The notes under the pieces: model-generated | What the model was told of the DNA's origin: nothing | The model's database searches: none | Seen by the model: the letters and a program-made list of their open reading frames with translations, nothing else | Program-made: the position numbers and the translations under genes | NCBI GenBank assembly: GCA_044229975.1 | Contig: JBGARZ010000006.1 | Span: 347,525 to 411,524 of the forward strand | From: Polyangiales bacterium | Lineage (GTDB): Bacteria; Myxococcota_A; Polyangia; Polyangiales; Ga0077539 | Reading direction: 5' to 3' | Length of the DNA stretch: 64,000 nucleotides | Part shown: one piece after another, positions 24,235 to 34,575 of the stretch | Layout of the letters: each line of letters begins with the position of its first letter | Position numbering within the stretch: the first letter of the stretch is position 1

Positions 24235-25269
24235 GTGTCTGCGATGCAGCACCCGACGCGCTTCGACTCTCTGCTCGACCTCGCGAAACTCCCTTGGTTC
24301 GAGGTCCGCGACGGCCGCCTCGTCGTGAGCGACCCCTCGGTCGGCACCGCCATCGACGTCCACACGCACCTCGCGCTCTCCTTCGTGCGGCCCAACCAGC
24401 TCGACCTCCAGCGCGGTCACCCCAAGGCAGAGCACTACCTCCCCGACCACCGCCCCTTCGACCTCGACGTCTACGTCAACAAGAACATCATCCCCGAAGA
24501 CATGCACCGCATGGAGCGCGACCTCTCCATCGGGTCGTTCACCTCCGGCGGCATGCGCGCGACGCACACGGTCCCCAACCTCGCCCGCGAGATGGGCGAG
24601 CTCCAGGTCGCGCAGTCCGTGCTGCTCCCCATCGACTGGCCCGCGCTCTCCGACAACGCCACCACCTGGCTCACCACCGTCCGCGGCGACAGGCGCTTCA
24701 TCGGCTTCGGCTCCGTCCACCCCTACGCCCGCGACGTCGCCCGCAAGCTCGATCGCCAGATCGCCCTCGGCGCTCGCGGCATCAAGGTCCACCCCGCGGT
24801 GCAGCTCGTTCACCCCGCCGCGTCGCGCGCGCTCGAGCTCTACCGACTCTGCGCCGAGCGCGACCTCCCGGTGTTCTGGCACTGTGGCCCGGTGGACATC
24901 GAGCCGCCGCTCGGTCGCTACCTCTCGCAGGTGCGCCACTACGAGAAGGCCATCGCCGAAAACCCCGGCACCACCTTCGTGCTCGGCCACTCCGGCGCGC
25001 TCCAGATGGACACCGCCATCGGCTACGCGCGCCGCTACCCCAACGTGTGGCTGGAGATCGCCTCGCAGTCCCTCTCCAACGTCCGCCGCCTCGTCGACGA
25101 GGCCCCGCCCGGCCGCCTCATGTTCGGAACCGACTGGCCCTTCTATCACCAGGCCGTCGGGCTCGCGAAGGTGTTCATGGCCACCGAGGGCAACGACGCC
25201 GCACGCCACGCGATGCTGCGCGGCAACGCCGAGCGCCTCCTCAAGCTCGCTCCCGACAACACCCCGTAG
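24235..25269 (+). CDS. amidohydrolase-2 family (TIM-barrel metal-dependent hydrolase)
   Basis: Motifs AIDVHTHLA, GIKVHPAVQ, LPVFWHCG, FVLGHSG and MFGTDWPF are typical of PF04909-type amidohydrolases. Confidence 0.8.
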   Translation: MSAMQHPTRFDSLLDLAKLPWFEVRDGRLVVSDPSVGTAIDVHTHLALSFVRPNQLDLQRGHPKAEHYLPDHRPFDLDVYVNKNIIPEDMHRMERDLSIGSFTSGGMRATHTVPNLAREMGELQVAQSVLLPIDWPALSDNATTWLTTVRGDRRFIGFGSVHPYARDVARKLDRQIALGARGIKVHPAVQLVHPAASRALELYRLCAERDLPVFWHCGPVDIEPPLGRYLSQVRHYEKAIAENPGTTFVLGHSGALQMDTAIGYARRYPNVWLEIASQSLSNVRRLVDEAPPGRLMFGTDWPFYHQAVGLAKVFMATEGNDAARHAMLRGNAERLLKLAPDNTP

Positions 25270-25337
25270 CTGGCAATCTGGTACGAGCGTCAACGATCTG
25301 TCACCCCCCCCGACGGGGTGGTAGTGTCGTCGCCGGA

Positions 25338-27269
25338 ATGGCTACCGATCCCGTGCGAAACGCGGCAAACCCGGGGGTGCGACGGCTCGGCCGTTACACG
25401 CTGCGGTACCGCATCGCGCAGGGCGGCATGGCCTCGGTCTACCTCGCCCAGCTCGCCGGCACTGCGGGCTTCGAGAAGTGGATCGCCGTCAAGACCATCC
25501 ATCCGCACATCGCCACGAGCAACCGCTTCGTGAACATGTTCCTCGACGAGGCGCAGCTCGCGTCGAGGCTCGACCACCCCAACCTCTGCTCGGTCTTCGA
25601 CTTCGGCGAAGAGCGCGGCACGTGGTTCATCGCGATGGAGTACCTCCACGGCGAGACCTTCGGCGTGGTCGCCCGCACCGGCTGGAGCGCCCAGCAGCCG
25701 CCGCCGTACGTCATCATCGCGCGCATCCTGGCCGACGCCGCGCGCGGCCTGCACGCCGCCCACGAGCTGCGCCTCCCGTCGGGCGAACACGCCGGCGTGG
25801 TGCACCGCGACGTCTCCCCCGAGAACATCTTCGTCACCTACGCGGGCCCCACGAAGGTCGTCGACTTCGGCGTCGCGCGGTGGAAGTCGCAGTCGCAAGA
25901 CCGCACCGTCGCGGGCGAGCTCAAGGGCAAGATCGCGTACATGTGCCCGGAGCAGCTCCGCGAGGAGGTCGTCGACCGCCGCGCCGACATCTGGTCGCTC
26001 GGCGTGGTGCTCTGGGAGGTCACCGTCGGCCGCCGCCTCTTCCGCCGCAAGACCGACGCGGGCACCGTCTACGCCGTCCTCAACGATCGCGTCCCGCGTC
26101 CCGCGCGCTTCCGTCCCGACTATCCGCCCGCCCTCGCGGCCATCGTGGCGAAGGCCCTCGCGCGCGACCGCGACCACCGCTACCAGACGGCGCTGGAGTT
26201 CGCCCGCGCGCTGGAGCAATGGCTCGCGAGCACGGGCGAGCCCACCGGAACGGGCGAGGTCGGCGAGTACATGCACTCGCTCTTCGGTGAGCAGATCGCC
26301 TTCCGCGAGAAGCTCTTGCGAACGACCCACATCGAGGCCCCGGTGGAGGAGGTCTCGCAGATGTGGCGCAGCTCGCCCATCGACGTGTCGGAGGTCGAGT
26401 CGTCGCAGGACGGCATCCCCGAGGCGCGTCCCTCGTCGCCGGTCGACATGAGCGAAGAGGCCACGATCCTCAACCCGCAGCGCTACGTCAGCACCCTCCC
26501 CGAGTCTCTCGCGCTCTCTGCTCCTCCTCCTCGCTCATTGCCAGCGGTCTCCGACCCGTCGCCCGCCATCCCGCTGACCTCCGTCCGTCCACACGGCGCC
26601 TATCAGCTCGGCCCCGCGCCTGCGGCCCCGCTGTCGAGCGGCGCCCACCGCGCCATCAACACGTCGAAGCTCCCCGCGTGGCGCCGCCGCGGCATCCCCA
26701 GCCTCGTCGGCGGCATCCTGCTGTCGCTCGTGAGCGCCGCGGTGATCGTCTACTTCTTCAGCCAGAACTCGCGCCCGGACGTCCCACCGCCGCGCTTGCC
26801 TGATCCCCACCGCGAACCGCCGCCCGTGGTCTCCGTGTCGACCCCGCCCGTGGTCCCTCCGACCATCGTCCCTCCGGCCATCGTCCCTCCGCCGTCGCTC
26901 CCCATCATCCCTCCGCCGGTCGCGCCCTTGTCGCACCCCGCGGTTGCGCCCCGCGTTCCGCGCCACGGCGTGGCGCACCCGGTGGTGCGCTCGACGCCTC
27001 CTCGCACCACCGACGCTGGCGCCGCGACCGAGTCCGCCGCGGCTGCCCGTCCGGGCTATCTCACCTTCATCGCGACGCCCGACGCCGAGGTCTATGAGGG
27101 CAACCGCGCGCTCGGCCGCACCCCGCTGACCGACCGCGCCATCCCGTCGGGCCACCACACGTTCCGCTTCGTGCCGGGCGGCGACCTCGCGTCGCAGACG
27201 GTGCAGGTCGACGTGCAACCCGGCGGCAGCTCCGTCGTCGAGATGCGCTGGGACCCGGCCAACCCCTGA
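25338..27269 (+). CDS. Hanks-type Ser/Thr protein kinase with TM segment and C-terminal PEGA domain
   Basis: Kinase motifs: IAQGGMASVY, IAVKTI, HRDVSPENIF, DFGVARW, GKIAYMCPEQ. TM helix SLVGGILLSLVSAAVIVYFF, a Pro-rich linker, and a PEGA-like end (GYLTFIATPDAEVYEGNRALGRTPL). Confidence 0.92.
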   Translation: MATDPVRNAANPGVRRLGRYTLRYRIAQGGMASVYLAQLAGTAGFEKWIAVKTIHPHIATSNRFVNMFLDEAQLASRLDHPNLCSVFDFGEERGTWFIAMEYLHGETFGVVARTGWSAQQPPPYVIIARILADAARGLHAAHELRLPSGEHAGVVHRDVSPENIFVTYAGPTKVVDFGVARWKSQSQDRTVAGELKGKIAYMCPEQLREEVVDRRADIWSLGVVLWEVTVGRRLFRRKTDAGTVYAVLNDRVPRPARFRPDYPPALAAIVAKALARDRDHRYQTALEFARALEQWLASTGEPTGTGEVGEYMHSLFGEQIAFREKLLRTTHIEAPVEEVSQMWRSSPIDVSEVESSQDGIPEARPSSPVDMSEEATILNPQRYVSTLPESLALSAPPPRSLPAVSDPSPAIPLTSVRPHGAYQLGPAPAAPLSSGAHRAINTSKLPAWRRRGIPSLVGGILLSLVSAAVIVYFFSQNSRPDVPPPRLPDPHREPPPVVSVSTPPVVPPTIVPPAIVPPPSLPIIPPPVAPLSHPAVAPRVPRHGVAHPVVRSTPPRTTDAGAATESAAAARPGYLTFIATPDAEVYEGNRALGRTPLTDRAIPSGHHTFRFVPGGDLASQTVQVDVQPGGSSVVEMRWDPANP

Positions 27270-27337
27270 CCTCGCCGCTCCCCTCCCACGTCATCAGTCC
27301 CCGGCCTTACCCGGTAGGGACGTGACCTCCCACGCCG

Positions 27338-28738
27338 TCAGTGTGCGGCCGCGCGCGGCTGCGGTCGCGCGTTCCAGACCCGCGAGCACAGCGCGAGCCC
27401 GACCGCGGCCATCACGATCATCGCGCCGGGCCACATCTTCCACGACGCCGCCTGGTGCGACGCCGCGCTCCCGGTCTCGGGCAACAGGTGCCCGTACAGG
27501 TACGCCTGCGTCGCGGTGCCCAGGTAGACGAAGCCGTCGATGACGCCGGTGACGAGCCCGGCGCTCTTGCTGCCGCCGAAGTCCATGCTCGCGGTGCCCG
27601 AGAGCATCCCGTGCACGCCGATCACGCACAGCGACATGAACAGCATCGACCACCCGAGCACCGGCGACCCCAGCGTCGTGAACGCCACCAGCGATCCGAG
27701 CAGCAGGCCCGCGTAGAGCACGGCCGCGACGGGTCCGCGCCGCGAGTCGAAGACGTGGTCGGAGATGAAGCCCGCGAACACGCCGCCGAGGATGCCCGCC
27801 ACGCAGAGCACCATGCCCCAGTTCTGGTAGACGAAGCTGTGGTCGTCGTGGATCGCCTTGGCGAACACCCGGTACCACTTCATCACGCCCTGCCGCAGAA
27901 ACCCCGAGCAGAACTCGATCGCCACGATGAGCAGCACCGCGGGCTGCGAGAGCATCCGCTTCACCACCTCCATCGGCGGCGGCGCCACGGTGTCACCGCT
28001 GGTCGCGTCGCCCGTGTCGAAGTCCGCGAGGCCCGCCTTCGACGGCGTGTCGCGGATCACCGCAAACGCCACCACCCAGCACGCCGCGAGCACCGCGGCG
28101 GGCGCCCAGAACGCGGCGGCGAGGCCGAAGTTCTCGGCGATCGCCTTCGCCCAGTCGTACGCGAAGTACAGCCCGAGCGAGATGAGGATGCCGAACATCC
28201 CGCCCAGCACTCCGCGCTCTCTCACGTGAAACCACGGCGCGTTGACCTTCACGATGGAGACCGCGCCGAAGCTCTGGAAGTACATGTTGACCGCGTTGGC
28301 GATCATCATGGTGTTGTAGAAGCGCGCCGGGTCTTCGTGCGCGTGCCCCACGGCGACGGCCATCGCGACGTTGGCCAGCGCGGAGCCGCCCGCCGCGAGC
28401 AGCAGCGTGACGCGGCCGCCGAACTTGTCGGTGAGCGGCCCGTTGAGCAGAAACGCCACCCCGTAGGTGAGGGCTCCGACGGCGTCGATGTCGCCGAACT
28501 GCGCCTTGGTGAGCAGGTGCGCGTGCTCGAACTTGTCGAGAATCGCCGACAGGTTGTACCGCCCGAAATACAAGAACGCGTAGGTCAGCCCGAGCGGCAG
28601 CCAGTTCATCACGCGGCGCTTCTTGAAGGCCGCGGAGTGCCCGACGTCGACCTTGGGCAGGCGGGCGAGCACCACCCCGATGGCCGCGAGCAGGACGAAG
28701 ATCGGGAGCGCGTTGGAGAGCCACGTCGGGAGGTGCAT
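27338..28738 (-). CDS. MFS transporter (sugar-phosphate/organophosphate permease-like)
   Basis: 466 aa with about 12 hydrophobic segments. The N-terminal region (LGLTYAFLYFGRYNLS...GPLTDKFGGR) is MFS-like. Confidence 0.8.
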   Translation of the reverse strand: MHLPTWLSNALPIFVLLAAIGVVLARLPKVDVGHSAAFKKRRVMNWLPLGLTYAFLYFGRYNLSAILDKFEHAHLLTKAQFGDIDAVGALTYGVAFLLNGPLTDKFGGRVTLLLAAGGSALANVAMAVAVGHAHEDPARFYNTMMIANAVNMYFQSFGAVSIVKVNAPWFHVRERGVLGGMFGILISLGLYFAYDWAKAIAENFGLAAAFWAPAAVLAACWVVAFAVIRDTPSKAGLADFDTGDATSGDTVAPPPMEVVKRMLSQPAVLLIVAIEFCSGFLRQGVMKWYRVFAKAIHDDHSFVYQNWGMVLCVAGILGGVFAGFISDHVFDSRRGPVAAVLYAGLLLGSLVAFTTLGSPVLGWSMLFMSLCVIGVHGMLSGTASMDFGGSKSAGLVTGVIDGFVYLGTATQAYLYGHLLPETGSAASHQAASWKMWPGAMIVMAAVGLALCSRVWNARPQPRAAAH

Positions 28739-28904
28739 TGCGCGCGGAGATTCTCACGCTGCCTCCCTCTGGGTCCACGCTGCCTCTCGTGGGGTCCACG
28801 CTGCCTCCCTTCGGGTCCCACGCCGCAGCGTGAGCGCGCGCGCAACGGCCACGCCCACAGTTCCCTTGCGCCACCCGTTCGGGTGTATGGTCCGGCGCAG
28901 CCGT

Positions 28905-29381
28905 ATGGGGACCGAGATCGAACGAAAGTTCCTCGTGGATGTTTCACGCCTGCCGCGCGAGGCGCTGCGCGAGGGTTCGCGCTTCGTGCAGGGGTACCTC
29001 TCGCTGTCGCCGACGGTGCGCGTCCGGGTGAGCGAGCGCCCCGGCATGCCCACCGAGGCGTGGCTCACGGTGAAGGGCCCTGGTGGCCTCATGCGCGCGG
29101 AGTACGAGTACGCCGTCCCGGTGGACGACGCGCGGGCGATGGTTCCGCTGTGCGTGGCGTCGTTGCGCAAGACGCGCTTCCGCGTGCTGGTGGGCGACCA
29201 CGTGTGGGACCTCGACCAGTACCACGACCGCTACGAGGGCCTCTGGATCGCCGAGATCGAGCTCGACGAGCCCGACGAGGACTTCACCCGCCCGCAGTGG
29301 GTCACCGAGGAGGTCACCGACGACCCGGCGTACACCAACGCCGCCATCGCGCTCGGCTCGCTCCCGACGCCTCCCCGCTGA
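28905..29381 (+). CDS. CYTH-domain protein (triphosphate tunnel metalloenzyme)
   Basis: MGTEIERKFLV carries the ExExK signature. Followed by QGYL...VRVR...LTVKG...EYEY...WIAEIEL. Confidence 0.8.
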   Translation: MGTEIERKFLVDVSRLPREALREGSRFVQGYLSLSPTVRVRVSERPGMPTEAWLTVKGPGGLMRAEYEYAVPVDDARAMVPLCVASLRKTRFRVLVGDHVWDLDQYHDRYEGLWIAEIELDEPDEDFTRPQWVTEEVTDDPAYTNAAIALGSLPTPPR

Positions 29382-29434
29382 TACGCGCCACCTCCCCTTG
29401 GAACGCTCCATCGACCCGTGTACACCCCCCGCGC

Positions 29435-30145
29435 GTGAGCCCCATCCTCCAGACGATCCTCGACGAGATTGACGCCCGCCACCGCGCCGAAGAGCGCCCC
29501 GTGGTCATCTTCGACCTCGACGGAACCCTCTTCGACAACCGCCCCCGCACCCTCCGCATCGCCCACGCATTGGCGGCCTCCCTCGGCCCCGAGCACGACT
29601 CCGACGCGGCGCTCATCCACGCGATGACCGTCTCCGACATCCGCTACCGCCTGGAAGACGCGCTGCGTGAACGCGGCGTCTCCGAGGACGTGATCGTCAT
29701 GGCGAAGAAGCGCTGGTTCAGCCGCTTCTTCACCGACGCGGCGTGCTCCGACGACGTGCCCGTGCGGGGCGCTGCGTTGTACGTGCAGCGCTGCTTCAAC
29801 CGCGGCGCGACGGTGGTGTACCTCACGGGTCGCGACACTCCGGGCATGCTCGTCGGGACGGTCCGCACGCTGCGCGATGACGGTTTCCCCATCGGTTTGC
29901 CCCGCGTCGAGCTGGTGTTGAAGCCCACCTTCGAGGAGGACGACACGGCCTTCAAGCGCCGCATGCTCGACCCGATGGACGAGCTCGGCACGGTGGTCGC
30001 GACCTTCGAAAACGAGCCCGGCAACTGCAACCTCTTCCACCAGCGCTGGCCTCACAGCCACGCGGTGCTCATCGAGACGCAGCACGCCCCCGGCGCCCCC
30101 GCGCTCGAACCCGGTTGCATCCGCCGCCCCGACTTCTCGCTCTGA
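29435..30145 (+). CDS. HAD-superfamily hydrolase
   Basis: GTG start. VVIFDLDGTLFDN is HAD motif I (DxDxT). Also VVYLTGR. Confidence 0.65.
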   Translation: MSPILQTILDEIDARHRAEERPVVIFDLDGTLFDNRPRTLRIAHALAASLGPEHDSDAALIHAMTVSDIRYRLEDALRERGVSEDVIVMAKKRWFSRFFTDAACSDDVPVRGAALYVQRCFNRGATVVYLTGRDTPGMLVGTVRTLRDDGFPIGLPRVELVLKPTFEEDDTAFKRRMLDPMDELGTVVATFENEPGNCNLFHQRWPHSHAVLIETQHAPGAPALEPGCIRRPDFSL

Positions 30146-30148
30146 CCG

Positions 30149-30919
30149 ATGAGCGCCGCGGTCCGCCTCCAGTCCCTCCGCAAGGTCTTCCCGGACGGAA
30201 CCATCGGCCTCGACGACGTCACCCTCGAAGTCCCGGCGGGAGAGTTCGTCGCCATCCTGGGGCGCTCGGGCGCGGGCAAGAGCACTCTCCTCCGTTGCGC
30301 GAGCAGGCTCATCGAACCCACGTCGGGACGCGCGTTCATTGGTGACCTTGAGGTGACCGGCGCGAAGGGCCGCGCGCTCGCTCGCGCCCGTGCGCGGGTG
30401 GGCTTCGTCTTCCAGCAGTTCAACCTCATCCGCTCGTACACCTCATTGGACAACGTGCTGGTGGCGCGCATCTCCCATCAATCATGGCTGCGCGGCCTCA
30501 TCGGACTCTGGTCCCCCGCCGACCGCGCCGTCGCCCTCCGTTGCCTGGAGGAGGTCGGCCTCGCCGCGAAGGTCGACACCCCCGTCCGCTCGCTCTCCGG
30601 CGGCCAGCAGCAGCGCGTGGCGGTCGCGCGCGCCTTCGCGCAGGAGCCCGCCGCCATCTTCGCCGACGAGCCCACGGCCTCGCTCGACCCCAACCTGGCG
30701 GCGACGGTGCTGGCGATGTTGAAGGACTACGGCAGATCCCGCGGCGTCCCGGTGCTGGTCAACGTCCACACCATCGAGCACGCGCGCCGCTACGCCGACC
30801 GCATCATCGGCCTCTCCGCCGGCCGCATCGTCCACGACGGCCCGGCGAGCGCGTTGTCCGATGAGGCCGTCGAGGCCATCTACGCGGCTCCACCCGCGGT
30901 CGCCGCGGAGGCGCCGTGA
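30149..30919 (+). CDS. phnC: phosphonate/phosphite ABC transporter ATP-binding protein
   Basis: Walker A GRSGAGKST, signature LSGGQQQRVAVARA, Walker B IFADEPTASLD. The PhnC-like context continues with the PhnD/E gene that follows. Confidence 0.85.
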   Translation: MSAAVRLQSLRKVFPDGTIGLDDVTLEVPAGEFVAILGRSGAGKSTLLRCASRLIEPTSGRAFIGDLEVTGAKGRALARARARVGFVFQQFNLIRSYTSLDNVLVARISHQSWLRGLIGLWSPADRAVALRCLEEVGLAAKVDTPVRSLSGGQQQRVAVARAFAQEPAAIFADEPTASLDPNLAATVLAMLKDYGRSRGVPVLVNVHTIEHARRYADRIIGLSAGRIVHDGPASALSDEAVEAIYAAPPAVAAEAP

Positions 30920-32661
30920 ACCTCCGCCGCGCGCTCCCCATCGCCCTCCTGGCGATGGCGCTTCCCGGCATCGCGTCGGCGCAGGAGAGCATCCCCACCG
31001 AGATCGTCCTCGGCTTCAACCCGGCTGAAAACGCGCAGACCCTCCAGCGCTCGGCCGACGAGCTCGCGCGCGACCTCTCGCAGCGCATCCACCTGCCGGT
31101 GCGCGCCACGGTGACGCTCGACTACACCACGCTGGTCGAGTCGATGCGCTCGGGCCACGTGCACTTCGCGTGGCTCACGCCCTCCCCGCTGGTGCTCGCC
31201 GAGCGCCTCTTCGGGGTGCGGGTGCTGCTCACCCAGGTGCGCCGCGGACAGCCCACCTACTACTCGGCCGTGGTCGTCCGCGAGGACTCGCGCTTCCACA
31301 CCCTCAACGACCTCCAGGGCGGCAGCATCGCGTGGATCGACCCCACCTCCACCAGCGGCTACGTCATCCCGCGCTACCTGCTGCTCCAGCGCGGCTTCAA
31401 CCCGTCGAGCTTCTTCGCGCGGCAGGTGTTCGCGGGTCAGCACGACGCCGCGGTCATCGCGGTGCAGCGCGGCCAGATCGACGCTGCCGCCGTGTGGGCC
31501 GATCCGCCCGGTGAGCACACCGGCGCGTGGACCCGTTACCTCGCCAACCGCACTGGTCCGCGGTTGCGTCCGTTGATGTACTCGCCGCCGGTTCCGAGCG
31601 ACGCCATCGCGACGACCGAGGTCTTCGCGCGCGAGCACCCGTTGCTGGTTCGATCGGTGTCGTCATCGTTGATGGCAATCGGTCAATCCGAGGAGGGCCG
31701 CGCCATCCTCCGTCGGTTGAACAGCACCGACGGCTTCGTCGCCTCGGACATCAATCAGTACGACCTGGTGCGTCGCGCCTTCCGCGCGACCCGCGACGAG
31801 CAGGCGCAGCGGCGCTCGGGCCGCTTCGACGACCCGCGCTCGATGCAGATCTTCGCCGTGCTCCTGCTCGGCGCCGCGCTGTTGGGGGCGGGTGTCCTCT
31901 CCCGTCGACCGCGGGCGCAGCGCTGGGCGGCCTTTGGCTTGTTCGGGGTGGCGCTGGCGTGGGCGGCGGTGGCGGCCCGCATCCCGATGGCCGACTTCCT
32001 CAAAGGCTGGAGCGACATCGGTCAGTTCTTGCGGGGAATGTTTCCGCCCGACAAGCGTGTGATGGCCGAGGTCGCCGAAGCGACGGTGCTCACCATCCGC
32101 CTCGCCCTGGTCGGAACCGTCACTGGCATTCCCCTCGCTCTGCTCCTGGGGCTGTTGTCCGCGGAAAACGTCACCCCATCGGGCATCGTCCGCCGGGCGG
32201 CTCGCTTCGCGTGCAACCTCAACCGCTCCATCGACCTGCTCATCATCGGGCTCATCCTGGTGAGCGCCTACGGGCCGGGGGCGTTCCCTGGTGTGGGCGC
32301 CCTGGCGATTCACACGGTGGGCTCGCTGGGCAAGCAGTTCTACGAGACGCTGGAGACGATGGACCCTGGTCCCGTCGAGGCGATGCGCAGCGTCGGGGCG
32401 ACGCGCCTGCAGGTGCTGCGCTGGGGCATCTGGCCGCAGTTCACGCCGCACTTCGTGTCGCAGGCGTTGTTCCGCTTCGAGCTCAACGTGCGCGGCGCGG
32501 TGGTGCTCGGCCTGGTGGGCGCGCAGGGCATCGGCTTCCTGCTGCAAACGTATATGCGCGGGGCGGAGTACGCGAAGGTCACCGTGGTGATCGCCGCGGT
32601 GGTGACGCTGGTGATGTGCCTTGACGCGGTTTCTTCTCGACTGCGAAAGAACACGGCATAG
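30916..32661 (+). CDS. fused phosphonate ABC transporter: PhnD-like substrate-binding domain plus PhnE-like permease
   Basis: GTG start overlaps the phnC stop (GTGA). Signal ALLAMALPGIASAQE. PhnD-like region: VLGFNPAENAQ...FAWLTP...YYSAVVVRED...IAWIDPTSTSGY. After about residue 300 there are multiple TM helices and a permease EAA loop (VEAMRSVGATRLQVLRWGIWPQ). One uninterrupted 581-codon frame. Confidence 0.8.
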   Translation: MNLRRALPIALLAMALPGIASAQESIPTEIVLGFNPAENAQTLQRSADELARDLSQRIHLPVRATVTLDYTTLVESMRSGHVHFAWLTPSPLVLAERLFGVRVLLTQVRRGQPTYYSAVVVREDSRFHTLNDLQGGSIAWIDPTSTSGYVIPRYLLLQRGFNPSSFFARQVFAGQHDAAVIAVQRGQIDAAAVWADPPGEHTGAWTRYLANRTGPRLRPLMYSPPVPSDAIATTEVFAREHPLLVRSVSSSLMAIGQSEEGRAILRRLNSTDGFVASDINQYDLVRRAFRATRDEQAQRRSGRFDDPRSMQIFAVLLLGAALLGAGVLSRRPRAQRWAAFGLFGVALAWAAVAARIPMADFLKGWSDIGQFLRGMFPPDKRVMAEVAEATVLTIRLALVGTVTGIPLALLLGLLSAENVTPSGIVRRAARFACNLNRSIDLLIIGLILVSAYGPGAFPGVGALAIHTVGSLGKQFYETLETMDPGPVEAMRSVGATRLQVLRWGIWPQFTPHFVSQALFRFELNVRGAVVLGLVGAQGIGFLLQTYMRGAEYAKVTVVIAAVVTLVMCLDAVSSRLRKNTA

Positions 32662-32668
32662 AAGTCGG

Positions 32669-33355
32669 CTATAAACCGGCAATCATGTCGATAATAAAGT
32701 CGATTGACTTCTCATTCGACATCAATATCGAATGAGGATTTTCTTTTCGTGGTATCGGGCCGAGCACGAGCTCCCCAGGCCACAGCGCGCGAAGCTCATC
32801 ACAATGCGGAAGCGACACCCGATCGGGAGCGGCCACCGCATTGAGAACAACGGCGAGCACGGGAATCTTGCGCGATTTCGCCGCTTCGAGCGTGAGGGAG
32901 GTGTGGTTGAGCGTCCCGAGCGCATCGCGGGCCACGACGATGAGCGAGGCGCCAATGGCCACGGCCAGGTCGGCGTAGCTCTTCCCCTCCGCGATCGGAA
33001 CCAGCAGTCCCCCAGCCCCCTCGACGACTACGAGGTCATGGTCGCGCTGCACGGCGCGGACGTGATCGACGAGTCCTTCGAAGGAGTGCTTCGATCCTTC
33101 GAGGCGCGCGGCGGTCCAGGGTGACGCAGGGGTCTGGTAGCGAACGGGACACACCGTCGCGAGGTCGACATCACCGGCGGCTGCGCTCAGTGCGATGGCG
33201 TCTTCGGGGCGCTGAAGGTCGTCGCACCCGGTCTCCACGGGCTTGAGGGGAAAGGGGTGGACTCCACATTGGAGTAGTCCGCGAAGGATCGCGCAGGTCA
33301 CGACGGTCTTACCGACACCAGTGTCTGTGCCGGTGACGAGGATGGTTTGTTTCAT
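32669..33355 (-). CDS. bioD: dethiobiotin synthetase
   Basis: ILVTGTDTGVGKTVVTCAIL P-loop, 228 aa. Follows bioF with an ATGA overlap. Confidence 0.85.
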   Translation of the reverse strand: MKQTILVTGTDTGVGKTVVTCAILRGLLQCGVHPFPLKPVETGCDDLQRPEDAIALSAAAGDVDLATVCPVRYQTPASPWTAARLEGSKHSFEGLVDHVRAVQRDHDLVVVEGAGGLLVPIAEGKSYADLAVAIGASLIVVARDALGTLNHTSLTLEAAKSRKIPVLAVVLNAVAAPDRVSLPHCDELRALWPGELVLGPIPRKENPHSILMSNEKSIDFIIDMIAGL

Positions 33356-34527
33356 GGGAGCACCTCGGCGAGGGCGGAGGCAAAGGCGATGAGTTCGTCG
33401 GGGTCGTGCGCGGCGCTGACGGTCAATCGCAGCCGAGCCGTCCCCACCGGAACCGTGGGTGGTCGGATGGGATGCACGAAGAACCCGCGTTCGAGGAGAG
33501 CGCGTCCGACGCGTAGCGCGACGGCGTCATCACCGATGAGCACGGGGAGGATGGGCACTTCGGGGTGGGTCGCGAGCGTCGCGATGCCGCGATGGGCTAA
33601 CGCCAGCTGGAGCGTGGTGATGTTGGCGCGCAACCGTCCCAGGAGCGAGGGGTCGTCGACGATGAGTTCGGTGGCACGTCGTGCGGCGGCGATGGGAGCG
33701 GGCGAGATGCCGGTGGAGAAGATAAAACTGCGGCTGTGGTTCCAGAGCCAGGGACGCAGAGGGGTAGGGCCGGCGAGCAGGGCGCCGCTAGACCCGAGGG
33801 CCTTGCCGAAGCCGACCATCCGGACGTCGGGCTTGTCATCGATGCCATGGCAGGACCCACGGCCTTGCGCGCCGATGACGCCGACCGCGTGGGCTTCGTC
33901 GACGAAGCGGTGGCAGCCGTACTCCCGCGCCAGTTGGCTGAGGTCGTCCATGGGACTCAGGTCGCCATCCATGCTGAAGAGAGACTCGGTCACGATCCAG
34001 GCGCGTCGCCTCGGGCTTCGGGCCTGGAGAGCGATACGCAGCGCGTCGGGGTCGTTGTGAGCGACGACGTGAACGCGGGCGCGCGAGAGCCGGATGCCAT
34101 CGATGAGGCTCGCGTGGTTGAGCGCGTCGGAGAAGACTTCGTCGTCGTTGGAGAGCAGCGCGGCGAGGGCACCGACGTTGGCGCTGTACCCGGACGAGCA
34201 GAGCAGCGTCGAACCCGCACCGAGGTAGCGGGCGAAGTGCTCTTCGACCTCCTGGTGGACAGTGAGATGCCCGGACACCAGACGAGACGCTCCCGCCCCG
34301 CTGCCATGGTCGTTCGTGGCATCGTTGGCGGCGTGAAGGAGCGCAGGATGATGACGCAGCCCGAGGTAGTCGTTTCCGCAGAGCACGGTCACGTCACGTC
34401 CCTCGGAGGTGGCGTGGGTGGCGTCGCGGTACCGCAGGTGGGAGGGGGTTCGCAGCCGGTCGCGTCGCTCAAGCGCGCGGAGGTCGTCGTCCATCCAGTC
34501 CATGTCGCGACTCGCTCCATAGCCCAT
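33352..34527 (-). CDS. bioF: 8-amino-7-oxononanoate synthase
   Basis: 391 aa, class-II aminotransferase-like alpha-oxoamine synthase (NDYLGL, SRLVSG, FSMDGD). Sits upstream of bioD. Confidence 0.85.
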   Translation of the reverse strand: MGYGASRDMDWMDDDLRALERRDRLRTPSHLRYRDATHATSEGRDVTVLCGNDYLGLRHHPALLHAANDATNDHGSGAGASRLVSGHLTVHQEVEEHFARYLGAGSTLLCSSGYSANVGALAALLSNDDEVFSDALNHASLIDGIRLSRARVHVVAHNDPDALRIALQARSPRRRAWIVTESLFSMDGDLSPMDDLSQLAREYGCHRFVDEAHAVGVIGAQGRGSCHGIDDKPDVRMVGFGKALGSSGALLAGPTPLRPWLWNHSRSFIFSTGISPAPIAAARRATELIVDDPSLLGRLRANITTLQLALAHRGIATLATHPEVPILPVLIGDDAVALRVGRALLERGFFVHPIRPPTVPVGTARLRLTVSAAHDPDELIAFASALAEVLP

Positions 34528-34575
34528 TCCTCACGGCGCCCGGCCGGTGTTGCACGTGAAACACTCCGCCTCGCC

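Noticed and set aside
24207-25337. 5' extension of ORF 24207..27269 and ORF 25290..26330(-)
   Set aside because: The extension is off-frame to the amidohydrolase gene and Arg/Pro-rich. The kinase begins at ATG 25338. The minus ORF is antisense to the kinase.
27341-29434. 5' two-thirds of the 934-aa ORF 27341..30145(+)
   Set aside because: It is antisense to the MFS transporter and out of frame with the CYTH gene, with an Arg/His/Glu/Asp-rich nonsense composition. Only the HAD hydrolase from GTG 29435 is credible.
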